Virus record (IMG/VR): IMGVR_UViG_3300037199_000067
Location: 1-56,423 of that record
Length of the DNA stretch: 56,423 nt
Reading direction: 5' to 3' (one strand)
From: a virus
Lineage: Duplodnaviria; Caudoviricetes
Every line of letters begins with the position of its first letter. Positions within the stretch are counted from its first letter, which is position 1. Shown here one piece after another: positions 56,036 through 56,423 of this stretch. Made by a program: the position numbers and the translations under genes. Below the pieces are notes generated by a model. It did not search any database. It saw nothing but the letters and a program-made list of their open reading frames with translations, and had not been told where the DNA came from.

Positions 56036-56423
56036 GTGCGACCAATCGGCAATAAAATCCTCATCGAGCCCGCTCCCATGAAGGAGTGTTCCGCCGGCGG
56101 CATTGTTACCCCAGAGCAGTACCGTACTCGGGACATAACGTGGGACGGGCTCGTGGTCGCGCTGGGCTCTGGTGATCGGACACGCAAAGGCGTCCATGTG
56201 CCATTCGAAGTCGCCGTTGGCCAGCGCGTGATGGTCAACCGCTACAACGTGGCCGTGCATCACATTGACGGCAAGGAGATGTGGCTGGCCAAGCCCGGCG
56301 ACATCGTGGCCATCGTGAGCGACGACACGTTTGAACCAAATCCGGATTGGGAAAACGCTACCCATGGAATTGACTTTGGAAATCGCAGCCCACTGAACAC
56401 AACTGACATCCAAACGGACAGCG
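56036..56423 (+). CDS. groES: GroES/cpn10 co-chaperonin (149 aa across the circular join)
   Basis: VRPIGNKILIEP...SAGGIVTP...GLVVALGSG...PFEVAVGQRV...IDGKEMWL...DIVAIV. Confidence 0.88.
   Translation, partial: MRPIGNKILIEPAPMKECSAGGIVTPEQYRTRDITWDGLVVALGSGDRTRKGVHVPFEVAVGQRVMVNRYNVAVHHIDGKEMWLAKPGDIVAIVSDDTFEPNPDWENATHGIDFGNRSPLNTTDIQTDS
56297..56423. repeat. Terminal direct repeat of 1-127
   Basis: Exact match. Confidence 0.97.

Overview
The window is one apparently complete, circularly assembled tailed-phage genome of 56,296 bp unique length. Bases 1-127 are repeated exactly at 56297-56423, and a GroES-like gene reads across the join. The architecture is podovirus-like: portal, scaffold, major capsid, tail tube/nozzle and a 2248-aa internal virion protein lie on +, the terminase is inverted on -, and a minus-strand early/replication arm encodes a primase, SF2 helicase, ParB-like protein, Cas4-like nuclease and RecT. 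No integrase, DNA polymerase or recognisable endolysin was seen. SD-less TTTATG/CTTATG starts, the attC style and a WYL-type HTH suggest a Verrucomicrobia/PVC host (inference). Main observations: (1) five integron-type gene cassettes with attC sites and matching R'/R'' boxes, but no integrase, all carrying genes antisense to attC; one cassette splits a tRNA-like gene that excision would restore; (2) a phage-encoded ubiquitin-like operon (Ubl, E2, E1/ThiF, JAB); (3) a RusA-like gene whose motifs are split across two frames, nested genes inside the giant virion gene, a duplicated divergent promoter flanking an extra gene, and a glycosyltransferase/methyltransferase/ATP-grasp cluster around the portal. 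All protein calls are from motif recognition by eye, not database searches.
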